A DNA stretch of 64,000 nucleotides, from sequence record NC_031126.1. One strand, given 5' to 3'. The position numbers and the translations under genes are program-made. Every line of letters starts with the position of its first letter. The stretch's first letter is position 1. The notes under the pieces are model-generated. The model was not told the origin of the DNA, did not search any database, and saw nothing but the letters and a program-made list of their open reading frames with translations. Shown piece by piece: positions 9,532-17,550 of this stretch.

Positions 9532-11061
9532 ATGGGGCTTTACAGCAAGACGTCACTGGATATGTTGTGCCAGTTAATCAAGCGGGATAATCCCCAGTTC
9601 ACCAATCCTCTCGATGCGCAAAGCATTATGGTGCTAAGTGGTCCGCTTACATCAGGTTTAGGTGCAAGCGGGCGCAACGCCCGCATTACATTAAACGGAC
9701 GAACGGGTACAGGGATAGTACAGAAAAAAGAATTCTTTTACGACCGGATTAATATCGGGACGTTGTTTAACGGTATTACGGTTGTATTTGATGCAGCAGG
9801 AAGTTCTAAGACAATAGCGGATTTGCTCCCCGCGCTCAATGAGCAATATGGTTTATCTTTAGAGGCGACAGACCTCAGTAACGGGACGACTGCGCTCAGT
9901 TACGGATACGAACCATCACAGGTTACACTTAACATCGCTGGCACCTCGGTAGCATATACCGGGAGTCTAACTGTAACCTGGTCACGTAAACCGGTGGGAA
10001 TATATCCCGACTCCGGCCCTGGTAGTAAAGTGTTGTTAATAGGAACGTTGGATGAAGGTTACTTTGGTTTAGTACCAGAGACCGAGCTTTTCAGTGCACC
10101 CACGTTGCATTCAAAAATCAACGAGGGAATGGCCACACCAGCAGGAACATTGTCAGCACAGCCTGCAACGCGGCAGTGGTATAAGTTTGCACGGGATGGA
10201 AAAATACTCTACCTTGCAAACTACAACCACATTACCATCCGATGGCAGGAATTGTACGCGCGTGGTGCGGTCTATGAAACAGACCAACCTGCCGACAAAC
10301 AATTCCCATCTGATGCGGTAATAGTCGCGCAGAAACCCGTCATTCGAAAGGTTGAGTCTGGACGTGAATGGTATTTATCACCGTGTATGCCCCGACTATC
10401 GTCAACGTTCCCTTGGGATTATACGGCACCTAACGTTACCCCTGACCCCACAGGAGACGTGGCAAGACTGTTTGCTAGGATTGTAAAATCGGGCGGGTTT
10501 GCTACCGGGGAATGGGATGGGCAGACTATCGACGGTGGCGGGTTCTGGTTTTCCACTACGTCTGGTAACGATCCAACAAAGGCATTCGGTAGCAGCATGA
10601 CGGGGCTTCAACAGAACGTTTATGACAAAGCCAGTTTTAATGGCGGCTGGAGACCAATGCTGGAATTGGTGGACTTAGATAAGGTGGCGGTACCGTTAGA
10701 GAACTTTATTGGTACCCCAGACGGCGTTTTACGTAAACCGTTATTCACCATCGACCCAGACACCGGTGATGTTTTACTGGTTGTCTCGACGGTAAGTTGG
10801 GAAATACTCGGTACGTTAGATAAACCGCTCTTTACGCCAGTCGTTGACGCGCCCTCTGGAGTCGCAGAAGTCACTTGGCTCCGCCCCACCGAAACACGGG
10901 CGGTACTCGCCCAGCTCCATACCGATCCTCCGTTAAATGTAACGCAGGCAATCGGGAGTACACTATTACGAGTTCCTGTCGTTCAGATTACATCTGATTA
11001 CAAGGAAGTGGTAGCATTTAATCTATCCACTGCTAACGGCGAACTCGACGGCTTTAAATAA
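9532..11061 (+). CDS. Virion/receptor-binding protein, class A of triplet 4
   Basis: N-terminal ~165 aa visibly highly similar to 6186..7577 (SGPLT.GLG.SGRNAR.TLNG, KEFFYDRIN.G.LFNGI); GWRPMLEL; ends ANGELDGFK. Confidence 0.85.
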   Translation: MGLYSKTSLDMLCQLIKRDNPQFTNPLDAQSIMVLSGPLTSGLGASGRNARITLNGRTGTGIVQKKEFFYDRINIGTLFNGITVVFDAAGSSKTIADLLPALNEQYGLSLEATDLSNGTTALSYGYEPSQVTLNIAGTSVAYTGSLTVTWSRKPVGIYPDSGPGSKVLLIGTLDEGYFGLVPETELFSAPTLHSKINEGMATPAGTLSAQPATRQWYKFARDGKILYLANYNHITIRWQELYARGAVYETDQPADKQFPSDAVIVAQKPVIRKVESGREWYLSPCMPRLSSTFPWDYTAPNVTPDPTGDVARLFARIVKSGGFATGEWDGQTIDGGGFWFSTTSGNDPTKAFGSSMTGLQQNVYDKASFNGGWRPMLELVDLDKVAVPLENFIGTPDGVLRKPLFTIDPDTGDVLLVVSTVSWEILGTLDKPLFTPVVDAPSGVAEVTWLRPTETRAVLAQLHTDPPLNVTQAIGSTLLRVPVVQITSDYKEVVAFNLSTANGELDGFK

Positions 11062-11073
11062 GAGGACTTACTC

Positions 11074-12054
11074 ATGGCCTTAAAACTTAAATGGAAAAAT
11101 CCTAACAAGGGAAACACGACGGTTGATATTTATCGTGGTGATACACCCGCCGTGGATTTAACCACACCCTTGGTCACACTCACCGAGGGTGAGTTAGAAT
11201 GGGTAGACACCACCGCATTGTTTGGTAAGACGTATTACTACGTGTGGGCGGTCAACACCCACAACGACCGGGTCGTTAGTCAGCCCCAGAAAATTGAGGT
11301 TAACGATCGTAAAGGGCCAGGCCCTAACTTGCTGAAACACGGCAATGAATCTTACGGTTATTTCGGTAGCTTACCTGCCGCAGATTTCGTTAATAGCTCA
11401 ACTATTCTATCCGCTTTAAAATCAACATCCGGTATACCGCCCGGACCGTTCTATCCAACGTGGTATAAATTTATCCGTAATGGTAAAGTCCTTTTTGTAC
11501 CGAGCATTTGTTTCGGTGATGTTACTTGGACAAACCTGTATAACGCCGGTGGTGTTTACGGTACGGACGATATGGGCGGGATCAATTCCCCAGGAACGGT
11601 CAATCAACTTTCTACATTCGAATTGAACGGGGATTTATTCCTGGTGCGATTGGCGAAAGGGGTACCCGATGGGATGGAGTGGGCGGGCGATGTCGTAAAC
11701 TTAAATACGTTACCTGAAGCGCAAGGTATTTATTCGGAGTATGAAGATTTATTCTATCCGTTAATTCCACAATCACCAACACGCCAACGTATGGTGACAG
11801 TCGAAGGTGTTAACCCAACCGGCGTCATTCCAAGTGGTACGTATGGCAACCGTACCGCCATCGGTGTATTCGTGCAGGAGGCGCAGGGAACAGCTAACGC
11901 TTTACAGCGTGGTCAGGGAACGTATAACTACGACAACCACAGCCGAGGAACCGTAGAGGCTTTTGCCCTGCGTGGGCGTACTTCTTCTTCGGTCTGGTGG
12001 CCGGTTATTGAATACATTGGACGTGTCAATGAAGTCACGTTAGGGGGACTGTGA
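11074..12054 (+). CDS. Virion/receptor-binding protein, class B of triplet 4
   Basis: MALKLKWKNPN, GPGPNLLKHG, WYKFIRNGK, WWPVIEY. Confidence 0.8.
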   Translation: MALKLKWKNPNKGNTTVDIYRGDTPAVDLTTPLVTLTEGELEWVDTTALFGKTYYYVWAVNTHNDRVVSQPQKIEVNDRKGPGPNLLKHGNESYGYFGSLPAADFVNSSTILSALKSTSGIPPGPFYPTWYKFIRNGKVLFVPSICFGDVTWTNLYNAGGVYGTDDMGGINSPGTVNQLSTFELNGDLFLVRLAKGVPDGMEWAGDVVNLNTLPEAQGIYSEYEDLFYPLIPQSPTRQRMVTVEGVNPTGVIPSGTYGNRTAIGVFVQEAQGTANALQRGQGTYNYDNHSRGTVEAFALRGRTSSSVWWPVIEYIGRVNEVTLGGL

Positions 12055-12956
12055 TGGGCATTAAGTTAAAATGGGACGACCAAGCCGATCAACAATTGGA
12101 CGCTATTGAGATTTATCGTAGTGATACCCAAATTGACGAAAACAATCCTGGCACACCCATTGTGGTATTGGGGGGTGATGCGGTGGAGTGGGAAGACGAT
12201 AGCGTACGTATCGGAAATACCTACTACTACAGCATTGCGGTGGTGAAGGGAAGCAATCGCTCATTCGCGGCTAATCAAACACAAGGTTACTATTCCAATC
12301 TCGGCCCTGGCCCGTCCAAGGTAATTCGTGGGGATTGGGTGCGGGGCTACTTCGGTGAGATAACACCAACCGAATGGGCAACCGTCACGGATATCACGGA
12401 TAAAATTAAAGCCAAGCTGAAAAGTGTTGTTGGTATCACGTTGGCCACAAACACGTCCGATATCTGGTATAAGTTTGTCTATAAAGGCAAGATTCTGCTT
12501 ATTCCTAATCGACAACTTATCACCAGTAGTAACTGGCAGAATGGTTATAACGCGGGTTTCATTTATGGTACAGATGATTTCGGTAAAACCCCGGAGGGTG
12601 ATGCCGGTAATGTTAATCAGTTAACTGTAATTGAAGTGGGGGGTTATCAGTTTATTGCCCGTGCCATTCGTTTAAGTGATAAACCAACCACGGAATATCT
12701 GACTGCCGCTGCTGATTTCAACGACAGCGAATGGAAAAGTACCTACGCGCGTTTACGTAACGATGCCGCGGCGTTGACTGACCCGACGATACAGCCGCGT
12801 GTCTCTGACCTAGGCTCTATTAACGGGACGGGTAGTGCACATATGGCGGACGCAACAAAACTCGCCACCGTGTCGAACACTGCACCTGAGGTTTTGACTA
12901 GCGCTGTGAAAACCGCATCCATTAACTGGATGGTAGTGTTGGAATTGATACCGTAA
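12051..12956 (+). CDS. Virion/receptor-binding protein, class C of triplet 4
   Basis: MGIKLKWDDQ...IEIYRS, LGPGPSKVIRGDW; start overlaps the previous stop (GTGATG); ends VVLELIP. Confidence 0.8.
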   Translation: MMGIKLKWDDQADQQLDAIEIYRSDTQIDENNPGTPIVVLGGDAVEWEDDSVRIGNTYYYSIAVVKGSNRSFAANQTQGYYSNLGPGPSKVIRGDWVRGYFGEITPTEWATVTDITDKIKAKLKSVVGITLATNTSDIWYKFVYKGKILLIPNRQLITSSNWQNGYNAGFIYGTDDFGKTPEGDAGNVNQLTVIEVGGYQFIARAIRLSDKPTTEYLTAAADFNDSEWKSTYARLRNDAAALTDPTIQPRVSDLGSINGTGSAHMADATKLATVSNTAPEVLTSAVKTASINWMVVLELIP

Positions 12957-13008
12957 ACAAAAAAGAAAAGGCTCTACACCCCAGAAGGAGTGTAGAGGTC
13001 TTTTTTAT
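12957..13008. terminator. Bidirectional intrinsic terminator
   Basis: Stem CTCTACACC(C)C-AGAA-GGAGTGTAGAG flanked by A-tract and T-tract, between convergent genes. Confidence 0.8.
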
Positions 13009-13475
13009 TTGACGAGTGATTCGCCTGAGTCGGGTGCAAGTACACACTGCAAGAACGTCATTCCGATACCATCTCCGGTGTTTGGATTCACCGTGGATGT
13101 GGAGAAGACCGGGGCTCTAGCACCGAGGGCATGTATTCGGTAGTAACGCGCCCCTGTAGACAAATCAACGGCACCATCAATCTTACCCAACAGGTCTTTA
13201 TAGAGCTGAGGTGATTCGACTTTGCCGTCTGGGTAAGTGGCTACCCAACCCGCACCATTATCAATGACCGTAGCCGAATAGGGTTGTAACTGCAATGACC
13301 CCAACTGCGGTTGGAAGCGCGTGAAGTTTTCCTTCGTGGCGCTACACTGATAAATTGTGAAGGAAGTTGCTTCAACCGGAACTGTGCCAAATTGGCCAGA
13401 TTGATTTGGTGCAATTGCGCACCCTGCCAGCAGCGTAGACATCACGACTACCATCAGCATTAGACGTTTTAACAT
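13005..13475 (-). CDS. Putative lipoprotein (moron-like)
   Basis: Basic N-terminus, hydrophobic stretch, lipobox LAGC; RBS AGGA; antisense to the flanking structural genes. Confidence 0.75.
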   Translation of the reverse strand: MLKRLMLMVVVMSTLLAGCAIAPNQSGQFGTVPVEATSFTIYQCSATKENFTRFQPQLGSLQLQPYSATVIDNGAGWVATYPDGKVESPQLYKDLLGKIDGAVDLSTGARYYRIHALGARAPVFSTSTVNPNTGDGIGMTFLQCVLAPDSGESLVK

Positions 13476-13595
13476 AACGTTTCCTTTTTCTTAAATTATT
13501 GACGAGCAGTCGTCATAATACAGACCTAGTCTGTAAAACATGCGGGCGTTAAACCGCATTTTCTATGAACCATGGTAAATCAATGAGGTAATACA

Positions 13596-14129
13596 ATGGC
13601 TATTGTTTCTGCCCAGACGCAACTCGTTGCTCTGTTTAATGCTAAGAACACCGGCCTCGCGCAAGCGCTGGCTGTTGCTGATGTGGACTTTGGCGCAGTT
13701 GCGGTTTACACCCCAGGCGATGGTGGTGATACCCGTAACTCCAAACTGACCATTACAGCGAAGGCTGGCTCTGAACACTTCTCCGGTGAGAAAGAGCTGC
13801 ACTATACCCGTCTCGCGGGTGCTGGATTGGTAGGCAACAAAGCGCTTACCGAAGACCAGGCTGACTGGGACACCGATGAAGAAGTGCTGGCCAAGTTCAA
13901 CGCTGACGTTATCGCTGCGGGTAAAACCGAAGATGCGTTTGTGGAGAGTGAACTGACCTTCACCCGCACTGACGGTCAAGACGGTGCGAAAGTTATCACT
14001 GTTGCGATCAAAGCAGGTCACATCAAATTCATCGAAGGTGATGCTGCTGTGTACACCATTACTCAAGAAGTCGTGAAGACTGACCTGAGCACCACCAATG
14101 GTGAGCTGGACGGCTTTACTACCTCTTAA
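13596..14129 (+). CDS. Virion structural protein (short anchor-domain paralogue)
   Basis: RBS GAGGT. Homologous to the class A N-terminus (L..LFN..N; RNS.LTITA; F.GEKELHYTR); ends LSTTNGELDGFTTS; codon use rich in GCT/GGT/CTG/ACC suggests high expression. Confidence 0.8.
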   Translation: MAIVSAQTQLVALFNAKNTGLAQALAVADVDFGAVAVYTPGDGGDTRNSKLTITAKAGSEHFSGEKELHYTRLAGAGLVGNKALTEDQADWDTDEEVLAKFNADVIAAGKTEDAFVESELTFTRTDGQDGAKVITVAIKAGHIKFIEGDAAVYTITQEVVKTDLSTTNGELDGFTTS

Positions 14130-14143
14130 TCGAGTAGGTACTA

Positions 14144-14175
14144 AGGGGGCCGAAAGGCTCCCTGTTTCTTTTTTT
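14144..14175 (+). terminator. Intrinsic terminator
   Basis: GGGGGCC-GAAA-GGCTCCC followed by a T-rich tract. Confidence 0.75.
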
Positions 14176-14201
14176 AATGACCACAACAAAGGAGAATAAT
14201 T

Positions 14202-14756
14202 GTGGCAATCGTAACAGCGCAACAACAACTATGTGATTTGTATAATGCCGCTAACCCAGAGTTACCACATCCGCTGACGCCAGAAGATGTTACTTTCGGT
14301 TCTCGTGGCCCGTACACCCCTGAAGATACAGAAGGTATGGAGTTTATCCCTAACTTCGCACTCAACCTGACTGCCTCTCCGGATAGCCCACATTTCCGTG
14401 AAGACATTACGGTTCATTACCGTCGTGTGCCTGTCGGATTTATTTCCGACGGCGGTGAAATGCCGGTCGAGGGTGCCGTTACGGACTGGAACAACGATGC
14501 CTTCGTTATTGATTATATCAACGAGCGATTGCAAGTGCAGTATCTCCGTGATGAGTTGACTGAAGACGACCTTATCATTGACCGTGCGAACAACAACGAC
14601 TCGACGGCACTGAATATTCTCGTCACACTGATGAACCACATCAAATTCGAAAATGTTGCTTTCACCCTCGCCCTCCCGCTGGAAGCAGAGAAGATTGATA
14701 TCTCTACTCTCGATGGCGAATTAAATGGTTTTGAATACACCCCGCCCGTAGTCTAA
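14202..14756 (+). CDS. Virion structural protein (short anchor-domain paralogue)
   Basis: GTG start after GGAG; MAIVTAQQQLCDLYNAANP paralogous to 13596; ends ISTLDGELNGFEYTPPVV. Confidence 0.75.
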   Translation: MAIVTAQQQLCDLYNAANPELPHPLTPEDVTFGSRGPYTPEDTEGMEFIPNFALNLTASPDSPHFREDITVHYRRVPVGFISDGGEMPVEGAVTDWNNDAFVIDYINERLQVQYLRDELTEDDLIIDRANNNDSTALNILVTLMNHIKFENVAFTLALPLEAEKIDISTLDGELNGFEYTPPVV

Positions 14757-14763
14757 ATTTGGA

Positions 14764-15282
14764 GTGCTTATGGCGCAGACATTGCAAGAGAAGTTCATTG
14801 ATTTAATCAATACAAAGAATCCCGGACTGAACCTTACATTGGCCGATGTTACCTTTGGTGACCCTGCGCCATATACGCCGAGCACCGAGGGCGATGCGCG
14901 CAATACTGTTTTGACATTGACAGCGAAACCTGAAAGTCCTGGATTCCGTGGCAGTAAAGAGTATCACTTTACACGTTTTAATCTGACCCATCCTAATGGG
15001 GAAGATGCGTATAGTTGGGCAGTCACTGACGTACATGAGCCTTGGCAGGATGATGCGTATGCGTTACAGCAATTCAACATGAACCTGCCAAACGATAAAC
15101 CTACGTTAGATGATGTAACCATCACCCGCTGGACGGTGCCGGAAGAACCAAACAACCTTTACGTGAAAATCAAACTTCACGACACGCTTTTAAAATGGTG
15201 GGGCTCGTTTGTTATTCAGGTCGAGGATGTAGGTAAACAGCAGTTGATGTTTGCCACAGGTGAGTTAGACGGCTTCAATTAA
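14764..15282 (+). CDS. Virion structural protein (short anchor-domain paralogue)
   Basis: Probable start ATG 14770. LIN.KNP, DVTFGDP.PYTP, RNTVLTLTA, F.GSKEYHFTR; ends ATGELDGFN. Confidence 0.75.
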   Translation: MLMAQTLQEKFIDLINTKNPGLNLTLADVTFGDPAPYTPSTEGDARNTVLTLTAKPESPGFRGSKEYHFTRFNLTHPNGEDAYSWAVTDVHEPWQDDAYALQQFNMNLPNDKPTLDDVTITRWTVPEEPNNLYVKIKLHDTLLKWWGSFVIQVEDVGKQQLMFATGELDGFN

Positions 15283-15330
15283 TAAAAAAGAGTACCTACA
15301 CCCTTTGGGGTGTAGGTACTCTTTATTTTA
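15283..15330. terminator. Bidirectional intrinsic terminator
   Basis: Perfect 17-bp stem AAAGAGTACCTACACCC-TTTG-GGGTGTAGGTACTCTTT between convergent operons. Confidence 0.9.
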
Positions 15331-15349
15331 AACGCCCTAGGAGCGATTC

Positions 15350-16063
15350 TCAGACCTTTAATAACGGAGTCTGCGTAATCGGCTCACTTACAGGCTGAAC
15401 GCCCCAGAACTCCGCAGAGGCGTTAAATGGCCGCTTGATGTTCTGGTAACGCATGTTCACACAGCGGTGTGTAGTCAAGTCGTAACGTTCGTGTTCCGGT
15501 ACTGCCAATTCAATATCATCCCGGAAGAACAAATAGTTGCGATTGTAGTTCAGCGTAATGTCGGACGGAGACGGGTAGCTGTACTCATGCGGGTTATCGT
15601 TCTTGTCAGCATAAGACGGCCAACCGAAACGGTGGACGGCTTCGTAGAAAGACTGCGCAACAAAACTATCAACGCCGGTCATTTCCATAATGCGTAAGAA
15701 CATCAAATCCGCAAACGCTTTATCCGTCGAACGTGACAGGTTACCCGACGGGGTATCTGGATAAGGAACCGGTGAAGGTGCACGCTGATATAGCAGGTCG
15801 TGTATACACGCAGCAGCAGCCCATGGTCCGTCCGGATGCAATAACGGTTGTAGTGCAGGCGGGATGCTCGCCAAGTCCGTCACAAAGCCCGCAGGGGCTG
15901 TCACATACATTGTTTTATCCGGATGTGTTCCCGTCAGATACACCATGTTATCCATCCCGGCATGGTCACGATACAACGACCGTAACGTGAATGGAACCCG
16001 GAAATCATCAGTCAGCACAAACCACTGTTTGTCCAGCACTTTGTATTTCATTTCTTGAATCAC
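15350..16063 (-). CDS. DUF1353 family protein
   Basis: P.GFVTDLASIP and A..AACIHDLLY motifs characteristic of DUF1353; GTG start overlaps the upstream stop. Confidence 0.85.
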   Translation of the reverse strand: MIQEMKYKVLDKQWFVLTDDFRVPFTLRSLYRDHAGMDNMVYLTGTHPDKTMYVTAPAGFVTDLASIPPALQPLLHPDGPWAAAACIHDLLYQRAPSPVPYPDTPSGNLSRSTDKAFADLMFLRIMEMTGVDSFVAQSFYEAVHRFGWPSYADKNDNPHEYSYPSPSDITLNYNRNYLFFRDDIELAVPEHERYDLTTHRCVNMRYQNIKRPFNASAEFWGVQPVSEPITQTPLLKV

Positions 16064-16194
16064 TGGAACACCTTAATCAGAAAGTACCCCACCAGAATGG
16101 AGACACTCAACCACAACACCGCAGGAGGCGGATCATCATCCGTAAAAAACGCATTCAATTTCTTCTGGAATAATTCAGGCAAATGTCTTTTCAT
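16060..16194 (-). CDS. Small single-pass membrane protein, 44 aa (not in ORF track); possible holin/antiholin-like
   Basis: Manual translation MKRHLPELFQKKLNAFFTDDDPPPAVLWLSVSILVGYFLIKVFQ*; AGGA RBS; TGA overlaps the DUF1353 GTG (GTGA coupling). Confidence 0.65.
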   Translation of the reverse strand: MKRHLPELFQKKLNAFFTDDDPPPAVLWLSVSILVGYFLIKVFQ

Positions 16195-16210
16195 AGTGGG
16201 GTCCTGTTGA

Positions 16211-16813
16211 TTATTTAGAGCATACGCCTACCTTGATAGCGTAGTCGCCCATTTCACGGTACACACGGTCGTACCAGCCGTAGGTGAACTCTTCGTTCTG
16301 TACGCGCTTCTCAGAGATTTCTGTGTAGTAAGAAACCTGATGACAAGTCAGTGCAAACATCAGGCGGTTAACGCCGTCCACACCACGCGCTTTCACGTAA
16401 CCCTGCACCGCGTTCATAGTCAGTGTACCAATACCACCATCTGCGGAGATGTCAGAATACAGCTTACCCTGACGGTTCAGCACATTGAGGATGCGTTGCA
16501 GTGACTTGATGCAGTTGGCACGACCTGCGTTGATACCGAAGTCAAACATACGGTCAGCAAGCAGTGGGTTCAGTGCCATAAAGGTGTCGAGACGCATACG
16601 GTCCCACCAACCCTTCTTGTAAATTGCGATGGCTTGTGCGTAGGTCAGGTCACGCATATCGCCGGTGTAACCGTTCTCACGAGCGGTCGTTTGTGTTACC
16701 CCGTATTTGGTAGGCCCGCCTAAGTCATTCGGGTTATTCACATAACCGCCTTCCAGATTAACTTTGGCAGCGATAATGCCTTCCATACTCCAACGGTCTA
16801 CTGGCATTGCCAT
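16211..16813 (-). CDS. Glycoside hydrolase family 108 lysozyme with C-terminal peptidoglycan-binding region
   Basis: EGGYVNNPNDLGGPTKYGVT catalytic motif, MFDFGINAG, DG.IG..T, and a Y/F.YGW..R C-terminal motif. Confidence 0.92.
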   Translation of the reverse strand: MAMPVDRWSMEGIIAAKVNLEGGYVNNPNDLGGPTKYGVTQTTARENGYTGDMRDLTYAQAIAIYKKGWWDRMRLDTFMALNPLLADRMFDFGINAGRANCIKSLQRILNVLNRQGKLYSDISADGGIGTLTMNAVQGYVKARGVDGVNRLMFALTCHQVSYYTEISEKRVQNEEFTYGWYDRVYREMGDYAIKVGVCSK

Positions 16814-16851
16814 AACTAAGTCCTCTCATGTAATTGCATTAGTCATAACAA

Positions 16852-16892
16852 CAAAAAAATTAAAAGAGAGTGTGCCCCGAAGGGCACACCGT
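16852..16892 (-). terminator. Intrinsic terminator ending the radical SAM cassette
   Basis: On the minus strand GTGTGCCC-TTCG-GGGCACAC followed by TCTCTTTTAATTTTTTT. Confidence 0.8.
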
Positions 16893-16893
16893 C

Positions 16894-17550
16894 TTACGCC
16901 AGGTTTTCTTCCTTGGCCATTGCCATCACCGCAGTGAAGTCATTCTGCTCTGCCAGCGTGCGAAGTTTTTGTTTCTTCACATTCAGCGCCATATGTAGGT
17001 CATTATCACGTTGGATAATCGCCGCATACAGTTCCTGCACGTTTGCCAAATCAAACGGCTCGACTGGGGTGTTCATCGCATCAATCCAATACATCGGGTC
17101 AACCGCAGACTGAATATAACCAGCCAGAGCAGCACGCGATTTCTCGGTCGCTTGATAACGACGCTCACCAACAACAATGTCTTCGTAACGCAGGTTTTCG
17201 TAACGGGTATTCAACTCACCCAAGATACGGTTAAACTCACGCCACATGTGGCCGACTGTCGACGCCAATCCTTTACGGATATCATCTAACGGCAGCTCCA
17301 GCACATCTGCGATAAACTCCTTGGTCTTCTTCATGATGAAGTTGACCTCAACATCAGACAGGTCGTAACCTTTTAAAGCAGCGATTGCTGCCTTGTCTGA
17401 CATTCCGTTTAACAGATGGTAATGCAGGAGAGTACAGAACCCCTGCTTAGTTGCATCTTCGCTGCGGTGAATCGCCTGATAGTTACCATGACGGTCAATC
17501 GGCGCTCCCATCTCGAAGTAACGACGTTTTATTTCGTCATTATTAAGCAT
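16894..17550 (-). CDS. DUF4376-like tail-fibre-associated/assembly protein
   Basis: C-terminal half R....R...I.V....YQA.EKSR..L.G.......YWIDA.N..V.......EL..AI..R....H.....K matches the DUF4376 pattern, recognised by eye. Confidence 0.7.
   Translation of the reverse strand: MLNNDEIKRRYFEMGAPIDRHGNYQAIHRSEDATKQGFCTLLHYHLLNGMSDKAAIAALKGYDLSDVEVNFIMKKTKEFIADVLELPLDDIRKGLASTVGHMWREFNRILGELNTRYENLRYEDIVVGERRYQATEKSRAALAGYIQSAVDPMYWIDAMNTPVEPFDLANVQELYAAIIQRDNDLHMALNVKKQKLRTLAEQNDFTAVMAMAKEENLA

Noticed and set aside
1-12956. Active diversity-generating retroelement
   Set aside because: No reverse transcriptase, accessory gene or near-identical TR/VR pair visible in this window; copies are too divergent. 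It could still exist elsewhere in the genome.
13499-13519. Sigma70 promoter TTGACG...CATAAT
   Set aside because: Spacer is only 9 nt; the sequence is better explained as a hairpin arm.
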